A stretch of 64,000 bases of DNA from a virus: IMG/VR virus record IMGVR_UViG_3300027804_003215, positions 35,481 to 99,480 of that record; one strand, given 5' to 3'. The notes below the pieces were generated by a model. That model was given only the letters and a program-made list of their open reading frames with translations, made no database searches and was not told where the DNA came from. Positions 1-8,788 of this stretch are shown in pieces; positions within the stretch are counted from its first letter, which is position 1, and each line of letters starts with the position of its first letter. The translations under genes and the position numbers were made by a program.

Positions 1-2
1 TG

Positions 3-761
3 ACAAAACCTGTAACTGCAAGATTTTATTCAGCACATTTTTGTTTCACTTTGGGTGAGTTCTCTAAAGAAGTTCAACACAATCCTGAATATTATTTTCA
101 TGGCGAAGAGATTTCAATAGCGGCGAGAGCTTACACGTGGGGATACGACTTATTTCATCCACACATTCCTGTTGTATACCATGAGTATACTCGTAAAGGA
201 AGAACAAAGCAGTGGGATGACGATAAAACATGGGGGGATAAAAACAAACATTCACATCTGACAAATAGAAAATTATTTGGTATGGATGGTGAGAAACAAG
301 AAGGTCATGATGGTCCGTACGGATTCGGAACGGTAAGAACCTTAAGAGATTACGAAAAATATTCGGGTTTGTTGTTTGAAAAAAGAGCGGTACAAAGATA
401 TACATTAGACAAAAATTACCCTCCAAATCCTTATAATTACGAAAATGAAGAATCTTGGAAAAAAGATTTTGCTTCAGTTTATAAACATTGTATTGACGTT
501 GGATATTCAAGTGTTCCTGAAAAGGATTATGATTTTTGGGTAGTTGCTTTCCACGGACCGAACGATGAAACATTGTTTAGAAAAGATGCGGATAAAAACG
601 AGATTGCCAGAATGATGAATGACCCAGACAAATATTGTAAAATTTGGAGAGAATTTCAAACAGACGTTCTTCCGAAATATTGGGTTGTATGGCCTCACTC
701 TGAATCAAAAGGTTGGTGTGATAGATTAACGGGACAACTAAACCACAATCACGTAAGTTAA
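3..761 (+). CDS. GT60-like (GlcNAc/Skp1-type) protein O-glycosyltransferase, 5'-truncated by window edge
   Basis: Frame is open from base 3 (TKPVTARFYSAHFCFTLGEF...). F-x-S-A-H-F-x-F followed by P-x-x-Y-F-x-GEEISIAARAYTWGYDLFHP matches the C-terminal half of the GT60/PF11397 catalytic domain. The TTG at 51 is not the true start. Confidence 0.75.
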   Translation, partial: TKPVTARFYSAHFCFTLGEFSKEVQHNPEYYFHGEEISIAARAYTWGYDLFHPHIPVVYHEYTRKGRTKQWDDDKTWGDKNKHSHLTNRKLFGMDGEKQEGHDGPYGFGTVRTLRDYEKYSGLLFEKRAVQRYTLDKNYPPNPYNYENEESWKKDFASVYKHCIDVGYSSVPEKDYDFWVVAFHGPNDETLFRKDADKNEIARMMNDPDKYCKIWREFQTDVLPKYWVVWPHSESKGWCDRLTGQLNHNHVS

Positions 762-1495
762 TGAATCTATCCAATATACCCAAATTTGTTGTTAATTTGG
801 AACGAAGACCTGACCGGTTGGAACATATCAAAAAAGAAATGGAGTACATCGGTTGGGACTTTGAATTATTCAAAGCAATTGATTTGAACAATCACGGAGG
901 TTGTAGTTTATCTCATTTCGAGATTTTGAAATTGGCGAAAGAAAGAAATTACGAGTCTGTAATGGTCATAGAAGATGATTGTACATTTTTACCTTATTCA
1001 AAAAGTTTAATAAATAAGATTGAAAATGAGACTGATGATTTTGAATTCGGTGTGATAAATTTTGCCCCCACTTTGAATAGACCAGTATTACAAAGTTCAA
1101 ATCAACCTTTGTTCTTGGATATAACAACCCTTCCTCCAAAAAAAGAACATGAAAGGGGAATATTTGCAACAAATTTTATGTTATACCATAATTCTATTTA
1201 TGATGGAGTTATGGAAATAGCAAAACCTGAAAATTTGGGTTACTATGCGATTGATGATTTTATTTATCAATTTGTCTACCCAAGAAAACAGAGTTATTCT
1301 CCAATCCTACCATTAGCACCGCAAATTAGTAGTTGGTCTGATGTTTCTCAAGGACAATATAATAACTTTTACACTCAAACTTACAACTGGAATTTATACA
1401 GTCCCTTTAAAATTCCTACTGAGTTTTTGAATGGTGTCAACCTTAAAGAACTTAAAGAAAATAATATTCACAAAGATTTTTATTATGTCAGTTAA
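761..1495 (+). CDS. Glycosyltransferase family 25 (LPS/LOS-type)
   Basis: VVNLERRPDR, GCSLSH and VMVIEDD motifs; TAATG coupling to the upstream gene. Confidence 0.85.
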   Translation: MNLSNIPKFVVNLERRPDRLEHIKKEMEYIGWDFELFKAIDLNNHGGCSLSHFEILKLAKERNYESVMVIEDDCTFLPYSKSLINKIENETDDFEFGVINFAPTLNRPVLQSSNQPLFLDITTLPPKKEHERGIFATNFMLYHNSIYDGVMEIAKPENLGYYAIDDFIYQFVYPRKQSYSPILPLAPQISSWSDVSQGQYNNFYTQTYNWNLYSPFKIPTEFLNGVNLKELKENNIHKDFYYVS

Positions 1496-2366
1496 ATTTA
1501 TTACTTGTATCTACAGTGATTTGAATGGTACAGAGTTTGGAGGAAGACCTCAAAGAGTAAGTCATTATAGATACAGTTTATTATCTCTACTTAAAATGAC
1601 TGAAGCCGATTTTTTGTGTTACACATCAGACAGAGAATTGGAAAATCTAAAAACCTTTTTTTATGAAACACACCAAATCAATCCAAGTAAATTGGAATTT
1701 AAAGTTTTTGATTTAACTCAAACAAAATTCAAAGATTTGATTTTATCCTATAAGGATGTTGGTGCAATAAAAGCAGGTGACAGATGTATTGAAATTCAAT
1801 ATTCAAAATTTCATTGGTGGTGGAATGAAGATAAAAGTTATGATTACTACTATTGGATTGACGCAGGTCTTTCTCATTGTGGTTTAATCCCTTTAAAATA
1901 TTTGACCAATAACCAACTTGAAAGAAGGTATTATGAATCCAATCTCTTTAATAATGATTTTTTGAAAAATATGATTGAAGATACGGGTGATAAGTTTTTA
2001 CTCATTGGTAAAGAGAATGAGAGAAACTATTGGTCAGGAACATTGGACCCCAAATGGTATAAAAACTATGATAGAAGTATTCACATCATTGGTGGGCTTT
2101 TTGGAGGACACAGAAGCAAGTGGGATGAAGTTGTAAACTTATTCGAAAGTTATGCAAAAAATGTTATTGAAGATATCAAACAATTGCCCCACGAAGAAAA
2201 CATCATGAGTCTCATGTTTTTCAATCATCAAGATTTGTTTTATAGAAAACATTTCGATATTTGGTGGTGTAGGGACAATGCACCAAGTGGAGTAGATGAA
2301 ACTTTCTTTACATTGAATAAAAGCTTTTTCAGAATATTAGAAGAATTTAATAGAATTTATGAATAA
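1485..2366 (+). CDS. HtrL/YibB (WlaTC)-like glycosyltransferase
   Basis: YYWIDAGL (DxG), IIGGLFGG and PHEE motifs. Start moved to the ATG at 1485 (MSVKFITC), which overlaps the upstream stop. Confidence 0.6.
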   Translation: MSVKFITCIYSDLNGTEFGGRPQRVSHYRYSLLSLLKMTEADFLCYTSDRELENLKTFFYETHQINPSKLEFKVFDLTQTKFKDLILSYKDVGAIKAGDRCIEIQYSKFHWWWNEDKSYDYYYWIDAGLSHCGLIPLKYLTNNQLERRYYESNLFNNDFLKNMIEDTGDKFLLIGKENERNYWSGTLDPKWYKNYDRSIHIIGGLFGGHRSKWDEVVNLFESYAKNVIEDIKQLPHEENIMSLMFFNHQDLFYRKHFDIWWCRDNAPSGVDETFFTLNKSFFRILEEFNRIYE

Positions 2367-4038
2367 TATAACTCTTGTAACAGGAATATGGGATATTGGA
2401 AGGTCATCTCTCTCTGAGGGTTGGGCAAGACCCTTTCAACATTATTTGGATAAATTTGAATCCTTATTGAAAGTAGAGGAAAACCTTATTGTGTTTGGCG
2501 AAGCCTCGTTGAGGGACTTTGTTTTCCAAAGACGGAGTGAAAAAAACACACAATTTATAGAACGACCTCTTTCTTGGTTCATTAACAATGAGTTTTATCC
2601 CTTAATTCAACAAATTAGAAATAGGGAAGATTGGAAAAACTTGTCGGGTTGGTTAAAAGATTCAACACAAGCAAGATTGGAAAATTATAATCCACTTGTT
2701 ATGTCCAAGGTTTTTCTTTTACACGATGCGAAAATTATGGACAGGTTTGACTCTGAATATATGTTTTGGATTGATGGAGGATTAACAAACACAGTTCATC
2801 CCGGTTATTTTACTCATGACAAAGTATTGGATAAACTAACCAAATACATTTCCAAGTTTTCATTCATTTGTTTCCCTTATGATGCAGAAAGGGAAATTCA
2901 TGGATTTGAATATAATAAATTGAACGAGCTGGCTGGTGCCAAAGTAAATAAAGTGGCAAGAGGAGGGTTCTTTGGTGGACCAAAATCAACAATACCTTCA
3001 ATAAACTCTATCTATTATGGATTGTTAAAATCTACTCTTGAAGAAGGTTACATGGGAACTGAAGAATCAATTTTCAGTATCATGTGTTACAAACACTCTG
3101 ATTTGATAAATTATTTCAAAATTGAATATAACGGACTTATTGGTAAGTTTTTTGAAGACTTGAAAAACGATGTGTTGGAGGCCAAAAATGAAACAAGTGT
3201 TGTATCAAAGAATAATCTTGATATCAACAAAGTTGGATTGTATGTAATCACATTCAATAGTCCAAAACAATTTGAAACTTTGATAAATTCCTTTTTGGAG
3301 TATGATAAAGACTACCTCAATAAAACAAAGAAGTTTCTTCTGAATAACTCAACAGATGATTCAACCTTCGAGGCTTACAAATATCTATGTGAAAAGTATG
3401 ACTTCGAACACATTATACCTGATGAGGGTAATTTAGGAATTTGTGGTGGAAGACAGTTCATTGCAGAACACTTCGACAAAACTGATTTAGATTATTATTT
3501 GTTTTTTGAAGATGACATGTTTTTTTATTGTAAAGACGGAGAAGTTTGTAGAAATGGTTTCAATAGAAAAGTAGACAACTTATACACAAAATCTTTGGAG
3601 ATTGCTAAAAAAGAAAATTTTGATTTCTTAAAGCTAAATTATACTGAGTTCTTCGGTGACAATAGTGTGCAGTGGTCATGGTACAATGTACCCCAAAATG
3701 TTAGAGAAGAGTTTTGGCCTGGTAAACCAAGACTTCCACAAATGGGATTGGACCCAAATGCACCAAAACTTGAATTCAATTCAATTTTATCACACAAAGG
3801 GATTCCTTATGCGACAGGTGAGATTTACTACTGTAATTGGCCTCAAATTGTTTCAAAAACAGGAAATCAAAAAATGTTTTTGGAAACAACTTGGGCGCAT
3901 CCTTTCGAACAGACATGGATGAGTCATATGTATCAACTCACCAAAAAGGGTCAATTGAAACCCGGTATTTTGTTGATGACACCCACGGAACATAACAGGT
4001 TCGAACATTATAATAGAGAACTTCGTAAAGAGTCATAA
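2359..4038 (+). CDS. Two-domain glycosyltransferase: HtrL/YibB-like N-terminus plus GT2/GT-A-like C-terminus
   Basis: N-terminal TLVTGIWDIGR, FWIDGG, GGFFGG and GTEE; C-terminal YVITFN, NLGICGGRQ and FFEDD. Confidence 0.7.
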   Translation: MNNITLVTGIWDIGRSSLSEGWARPFQHYLDKFESLLKVEENLIVFGEASLRDFVFQRRSEKNTQFIERPLSWFINNEFYPLIQQIRNREDWKNLSGWLKDSTQARLENYNPLVMSKVFLLHDAKIMDRFDSEYMFWIDGGLTNTVHPGYFTHDKVLDKLTKYISKFSFICFPYDAEREIHGFEYNKLNELAGAKVNKVARGGFFGGPKSTIPSINSIYYGLLKSTLEEGYMGTEESIFSIMCYKHSDLINYFKIEYNGLIGKFFEDLKNDVLEAKNETSVVSKNNLDINKVGLYVITFNSPKQFETLINSFLEYDKDYLNKTKKFLLNNSTDDSTFEAYKYLCEKYDFEHIIPDEGNLGICGGRQFIAEHFDKTDLDYYLFFEDDMFFYCKDGEVCRNGFNRKVDNLYTKSLEIAKKENFDFLKLNYTEFFGDNSVQWSWYNVPQNVREEFWPGKPRLPQMGLDPNAPKLEFNSILSHKGIPYATGEIYYCNWPQIVSKTGNQKMFLETTWAHPFEQTWMSHMYQLTKKGQLKPGILLMTPTEHNRFEHYNRELRKES

Positions 4039-4043
4039 CAATA

Positions 4044-4050
4044 TATTTAT
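4044..4050 (+). promoter_or_regulatory. TATTTAT promoter-like motif (representative; recurs in most intergenic gaps)
   Basis: Also at + 4461, 12553, 14772, 18945, 20444, 22400, 34521, 42725, 45120, 53848, 60311, 61273 and on the minus strand at 8782, 10345, 14728. The TATTTAA variant is at 19504, 35491, 39109 and 40600. Confidence 0.65.
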
Positions 4051-4054
4051 TGTT

Positions 4055-4435
4055 ATGGAATTTTATATTGCAAAGAATGCCACCCTTCCTTTGTTGAAAA
4101 TGCAAGTTGTTCAAGATGGTAGGTCAAGTTATTTGGAGTTTATGGAATCTCTTCCATTTTCCACCATCTATTTTACAATGATAGATTATTATACGGGTGT
4201 TCCAAAAATCGTATCTGCACCCTGTTATATTACTTCATTGATATTACCTGAACCAGGTGCGGGTGTAGAGTACTATATTTATTTCCAATTTACTTCAATG
4301 GATACAGACACACCGGGTAGGTATCAAGGTCAATTTTTGATTAAAAATGAAGAAGGTAATCTTATTTTACCTCTCAGAGAACAACTTTTCATTAATATTG
4401 AAGACAGTTTTATTGCTGAGTCTCCTTGTTGTTAA
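4055..4435 (+). CDS. Hypothetical phage protein, possibly a BppU-like beta-sandwich structural protein
   Basis: Beta-rich 126 aa ORF with FYIAKNATLP...DTDTPGRYQGQF pattern; TATTTAT motif 4 nt upstream. Confidence 0.45.
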   Translation: MEFYIAKNATLPLLKMQVVQDGRSSYLEFMESLPFSTIYFTMIDYYTGVPKIVSAPCYITSLILPEPGAGVEYYIYFQFTSMDTDTPGRYQGQFLIKNEEGNLILPLREQLFINIEDSFIAESPCC

Positions 4436-4472
4436 TTTGATATAAGATAATTTTTTTTTATATTTATGGGTA

Positions 4473-4521
4473 ATGAGTAAGGTAAACTTCACGATAGTGT
4501 GAAAGCCAATAAACCACTCGT
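4473..4521 (+). promoter_or_regulatory. Structured 5' leader of the DNA polymerase mRNA (nested stem-loop)
   Basis: AUGAGU(4473-78) pairs with ACUCGU(4516-21), GGU(4481-83) with ACC(4513-15), and UUCAC(4488-92) with GUGAA(4499-4503). The element lies between the promoter motif (4461-67) and the ATG at 4529. Confidence 0.5.
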
Positions 4522-4528
4522 AAATTTT

Positions 4529-7327
4529 ATGATTTCGAATAAAGAAATTGAAGAGTTTCTTCAAGGGAACGACCCTGAAGAATTTATAGTTGCAATAGAG
4601 TTTGATTACGTTTCAAACTCAATTTACAAAGTCAAAGAAATACCAGGTAAAGGTAAAGACATCAGAAAAGACCAATTTATTCCATTCGCGTGGGTTGGTG
4701 ACCTAAGAGGTCTTGGTTTCTACAACGATTCCAAAATGGCACAAAAAGAAGCCATGACAAAGTATGGAATAGTAATTGACAAACTTGAAACCAAAGGAGA
4801 TGAAAGACTTGAAAAAGGTCTTACATTTATGGTGAAGTCTCTTAAAGGATATAGAGAATTAATTCAATTTTTTCGTGATGGAAATTTGGACCCTTGGGGT
4901 GATAAGGCAAAAGACAAAATAATGATTCTCCCTCCCGTAGAACAATATCTAATAGCCAAAGAAAAAAGATTGTTCAAAGGGTTTGATGACTACGACCAAG
5001 TCACTCGATTAGTATTTGACTTGGAGACTAACGCCCTTGACCCCAAAGACGGTCGTATTTTCATGATTGGGATAAAAACAAATAAGGGTTACCATAAAGT
5101 AATTGAGTGTCTCGATGAATCTCAAGAAAAGGGTGCAATTATTGAATTCTTCAATATCATTGACCAAATCAAACCTTCTATCATTGGTGGTTATAATTCA
5201 GCAAACTTCGACTGGCACTGGATATTCGAAAGAGGTCAACGTTTAGGGATTGACATGAGAAAATCAATCAAATCGTTACACCCCCAACATTCTTATACAA
5301 GAAAAGAATCAATTCTTAAACTCGCGAACGAGGTTGAAGATTATTTACAGACTTCAATTTGGGGTTATAACGTAATTGACATTATTCATGCGGTAAGAAG
5401 AGCACAGGCTATCAATTCGAACATCAAAGCCGCTGGTCTTAAATACATCACCAAATTCATTAACAAAGAAGCTCCTGACCGTGTTTATATAGAACACACA
5501 GACATCGGAAAGTTTTATGCTGAGAAAGAAGAATTTTGGTTGAACACACAAAATGGTAAATATAAAAAAGTAGGGGTTGACCCTGAAATCGATAATGTTT
5601 GCAGAAGAAGGGAAGATATATACATCAAAACTACGGGTGACAATCTTGTAGAAAGATATTTGGATGATGACTTGGAAGAAACTCTCGCTGTAGATAAAGA
5701 ATTCAATCAAGCATCATTCTTACTTGCATCAATGATTCCAACAACTTACGAGAGAGTTTCAACAATGGGTACCGCAACTCTATGGAAAATGTTGATGCTT
5801 GCATGGTCTTACAAGCACGGACTTGCAATACCACAGAAACAAAGTAAAACAGACTTCGTAGGAGGTCTTTCCCGACTACTTAAGGTTGGGTATAGTAAGA
5901 ATGTACTCAAGTTAGACTTCTCGTCTCTATACCCTTCTATTCAGCTCGTACACGATGTATTTCCCGAGTGTGATGTTACAGGTGCAATGAAAGGTATGTT
6001 AAAATACTTCCGTGATACACGTATCAGATATAAACAACTCGCTGAAGAGTTTGAAAAAACTGACCCACAGAAATCCGCGTCCTACTCTAACAAACAATTA
6101 CCTATTAAGATATTCATTAACTCTATGTTCGGGGCTCTTTCTGCCCCTCAGGTGTTTGCGTGGGGTGACATGTACATGGGGGAGCAAATCACTTGTACAG
6201 GTCGACAATATCTTCGTCAGATGATTAAATTCTTTATGAGTAAAGGATATATCCCACTGGTTATGGACACGGATGGTGTAAACTTTTCAAGTCCCGAAGA
6301 TGTAGACACTCACAGATATATCGGTAGAGGTCTGAATTGGAAAGTAAAAGTCGGTAAAGAGTATACAGGTCCTGAAGCTGACGTTGCAGAGTATAATGAC
6401 ATTTTCATGAGAGGTGAGATGGCCTTGGATACCGATGGTGTTTGGCCTTCATGTATAAATCTTGCCAGAAAAAATTACGCGGTTATGGATGCAAAGGGAA
6501 AGATAAAGTTGACTGGCAATTCTATCAAATCAAAAAAACTTCCATTATATATCGAAGAGTTTCTCGACAAAGGGATAAAATATCTTTTGGAAGGTAAGGG
6601 TAAAGAATTCATTGAATATTATTATGAATACCTACAAAAGATTTTTGACCAAAGAATTGCATTATCGAAGATTGCACAAAGAGCTAAAGTAAAACTCACA
6701 TTGGATGACTATAAGAAAAGATTAACACAAAAGACTAAGGCGGGAAATTCCATGTCAAGAATGGCCCATATGGAACTTGCAATTCAACAGAATTTGAATG
6801 TTAATTTGGGTGATGTTATAATGTATGTAAACAATGGTAAAAAGGCTTCTCAAGGTGACGTGCAGAAAATGACCGCAAAACAAATCAAGGATTTGAATGC
6901 AACAAATAAGTTGGAAAATCCAAAAGCGGTAGAAATTTCGGAAGGTGTAATTGTTAACTGTTACATGTTGGATGCTAATATTTTAGAAAATAATCCTGAT
7001 ACTACAGGAGAGTACAATGTACCAAGAGCAATTGTAACATTTAACAAAAGAATTGAACCGTTGTTGGTAGTGTTCCAACAGGAAGTGAGAGATGGTTTAC
7101 TCGTGACTGACCCAGCAGAAAGAGGAATATTTACAACCTCTCAGTGTGAACTTATAAATGGAATGCCTTTCGAAGAAGGTGACCAAGACAAGTTGAAGGA
7201 AGATGTTTTGGATATTACAGAACAAGAATTGGAATATTGGAGAAAAAGAGGTTTGGAACCAAACTATATGTATGAACTTGCTGAGGAGGGTTGGGAAACA
7301 AAATTAGGATTGTTTCAATCCGTCTGA
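4529..7327 (+). CDS. polB: DNA polymerase family B with 3'-5' exonuclease domain
   Basis: Exo I FDLET, Exo II GYNSANFD, Pol A LDFSSLYPS, Pol B KIFINSMFG, Pol C MDTDG. ATG 4529 is preferred over GTG 4499, which lies inside the leader hairpin. Confidence 0.95.
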   Translation: MISNKEIEEFLQGNDPEEFIVAIEFDYVSNSIYKVKEIPGKGKDIRKDQFIPFAWVGDLRGLGFYNDSKMAQKEAMTKYGIVIDKLETKGDERLEKGLTFMVKSLKGYRELIQFFRDGNLDPWGDKAKDKIMILPPVEQYLIAKEKRLFKGFDDYDQVTRLVFDLETNALDPKDGRIFMIGIKTNKGYHKVIECLDESQEKGAIIEFFNIIDQIKPSIIGGYNSANFDWHWIFERGQRLGIDMRKSIKSLHPQHSYTRKESILKLANEVEDYLQTSIWGYNVIDIIHAVRRAQAINSNIKAAGLKYITKFINKEAPDRVYIEHTDIGKFYAEKEEFWLNTQNGKYKKVGVDPEIDNVCRRREDIYIKTTGDNLVERYLDDDLEETLAVDKEFNQASFLLASMIPTTYERVSTMGTATLWKMLMLAWSYKHGLAIPQKQSKTDFVGGLSRLLKVGYSKNVLKLDFSSLYPSIQLVHDVFPECDVTGAMKGMLKYFRDTRIRYKQLAEEFEKTDPQKSASYSNKQLPIKIFINSMFGALSAPQVFAWGDMYMGEQITCTGRQYLRQMIKFFMSKGYIPLVMDTDGVNFSSPEDVDTHRYIGRGLNWKVKVGKEYTGPEADVAEYNDIFMRGEMALDTDGVWPSCINLARKNYAVMDAKGKIKLTGNSIKSKKLPLYIEEFLDKGIKYLLEGKGKEFIEYYYEYLQKIFDQRIALSKIAQRAKVKLTLDDYKKRLTQKTKAGNSMSRMAHMELAIQQNLNVNLGDVIMYVNNGKKASQGDVQKMTAKQIKDLNATNKLENPKAVEISEGVIVNCYMLDANILENNPDTTGEYNVPRAIVTFNKRIEPLLVVFQQEVRDGLLVTDPAERGIFTTSQCELINGMPFEEGDQDKLKEDVLDITEQELEYWRKRGLEPNYMYELAEEGWETKLGLFQSV

Positions 7328-7639
7328 AGATAATATATACCAATTATTCCTTACAAATCTGAATTCAACACATGCGAGTTTGTCCAACTCAACTTCATCA
7401 TATTCTTCATCAATTAAACCTAAATCAGGGACCACTAAAAGTTTTGTCATAGATTTTACGACTACGTGGTCACTTTTTTGGGAATCTAATGTTAAGATTG
7501 AATTTGGAACACCTCTTACAACAACACATGCCTCACCTTGAATTCTGTAACTTGGCTCTGACACCAAAGCAACATCAGAGGTTTCAATTCTGAGACCGTT
7601 AATAATTCTTGTCGACGGTATGGATTTAACAATGGCCAT
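7304..7639 (-). CDS. Hypothetical protein (111 aa, beta-rich)
   Basis: ATG coupled to the neck-gene stop; 3' end overlaps the polymerase 3' end convergently by 24 nt. Confidence 0.7.
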   Translation of the reverse strand: MAIVKSIPSTRIINGLRIETSDVALVSEPSYRIQGEACVVVRGVPNSILTLDSQKSDHVVVKSMTKLLVVPDLGLIDEEYDEVELDKLACVEFRFVRNNWYILSSDGLKQS

Positions 7640-8766
7640 TAGATTACGTAAATTTGTCTCGGAAAAGCTCTAAATTTCATTTGTTTATTCAGATTTTCAG
7701 CAATAAGGGCTTCTCTTTCCATAACCTTTTCGGGTCTCAATCTTGTCAACCAACCTTCAGCTCCGATTAATTCTTCAAGTAATTTGGATTTTTCGTCTTT
7801 GGACTCTGTTGCTAAACTTTGGTAGTCCATCGTTATCTCTGAATCAGGTGTTTTTAGATTTCCTGAAAACTTACCTCTTACCCTTGATAAGGTTTCTTTG
7901 GCATAGGCGGTAAACCATCTTCTTACCCATTGTTGACCAGGAACGTTCAAGTCCTCCCAAGAAAGAGATTCGATTGGCACGTCAGTTGGAAGTTTGATAA
8001 TATCTGGATTAGCTTTCAAACAGTCATTTCTGTCATCAGGTCCTACATCATAATACCAATACCAAACAGCCTTTCCAACATACAGGCTATAATTACTCCA
8101 ATTGAATCTTCCACCTGGAGTGTTATAAAGGAATACATTTTTCTTTCCATCGGGTAAACCTGTTATTCTATAAGTTAATGAACCACCTAAGATTCTATTC
8201 AAGATATTGGCTTCTTGCATTCTAATTAGATAGTCAAAACCTGACATCATAAAGTATGAACCCTGATACCCCATCTGAGCGTAACCGGCTTCGTTTGCAC
8301 CTAAACCAATACCACCAAACCCAAATCCACCGACGCCACCCAATCCAAACGCAGTCCATGGTTGGTTGGAGAACCATAATAGTTCGTTAACCTCTCTTCC
8401 CGCGGGAATTTCGTAGTTTTGAGTGTTTGCACTCAAGATAAAATAATCTTTCTTTAGAACCCAAGGACCTACTGTTTGTAGACCGACAATTTTGGAATAT
8501 GCGTAAGAAAATTGTTGTTCGAAATCCATTGTTCTAGTAACAAGAGCTCTAGCAACAGATTTTTCATTCATATTCAAGTTTACTAAGTTCACCCATTGAG
8601 AATCAATGAGCCATTGTAAGACGTATTCCTCATAGTCTCCAATAGACAATTCCATCAATGAGTCTAACATCTCATCTGTTAGTTCTACACTTCTTAAGGG
8701 TGCACCCAATTGATTTCTTAGTCGATTATAAATTCTACTTCTTTCTGGTTCTGGAATAACTGCCAT
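7639..8766 (-). CDS. Neck/head-completion protein, T4 gp13-like
   Basis: N-terminal RLRNQLGAP...VEL and C-terminal WVRRW..A.AKE.L...RGKF pattern typical of gp13-like adaptors. Confidence 0.7.
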   Translation of the reverse strand: MAVIPEPERSRIYNRLRNQLGAPLRSVELTDEMLDSLMELSIGDYEEYVLQWLIDSQWVNLVNLNMNEKSVARALVTRTMDFEQQFSYAYSKIVGLQTVGPWVLKKDYFILSANTQNYEIPAGREVNELLWFSNQPWTAFGLGGVGGFGFGGIGLGANEAGYAQMGYQGSYFMMSGFDYLIRMQEANILNRILGGSLTYRITGLPDGKKNVFLYNTPGGRFNWSNYSLYVGKAVWYWYYDVGPDDRNDCLKANPDIIKLPTDVPIESLSWEDLNVPGQQWVRRWFTAYAKETLSRVRGKFSGNLKTPDSEITMDYQSLATESKDEKSKLLEELIGAEGWLTRLRPEKVMEREALIAENLNKQMKFRAFPRQIYVI

Positions 8767-8788
8767 TAGAATGATTTACATATAAATA

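Noticed and set aside
4479-4510. Resemblance of GGTAAAC...AAAGCC to the c-di-GMP-I riboswitch P2 stem
   Set aside because: It lacks the GACGC segment, the GNRA/receptor pair and the second stem; kept only as an unclassified structured leader.
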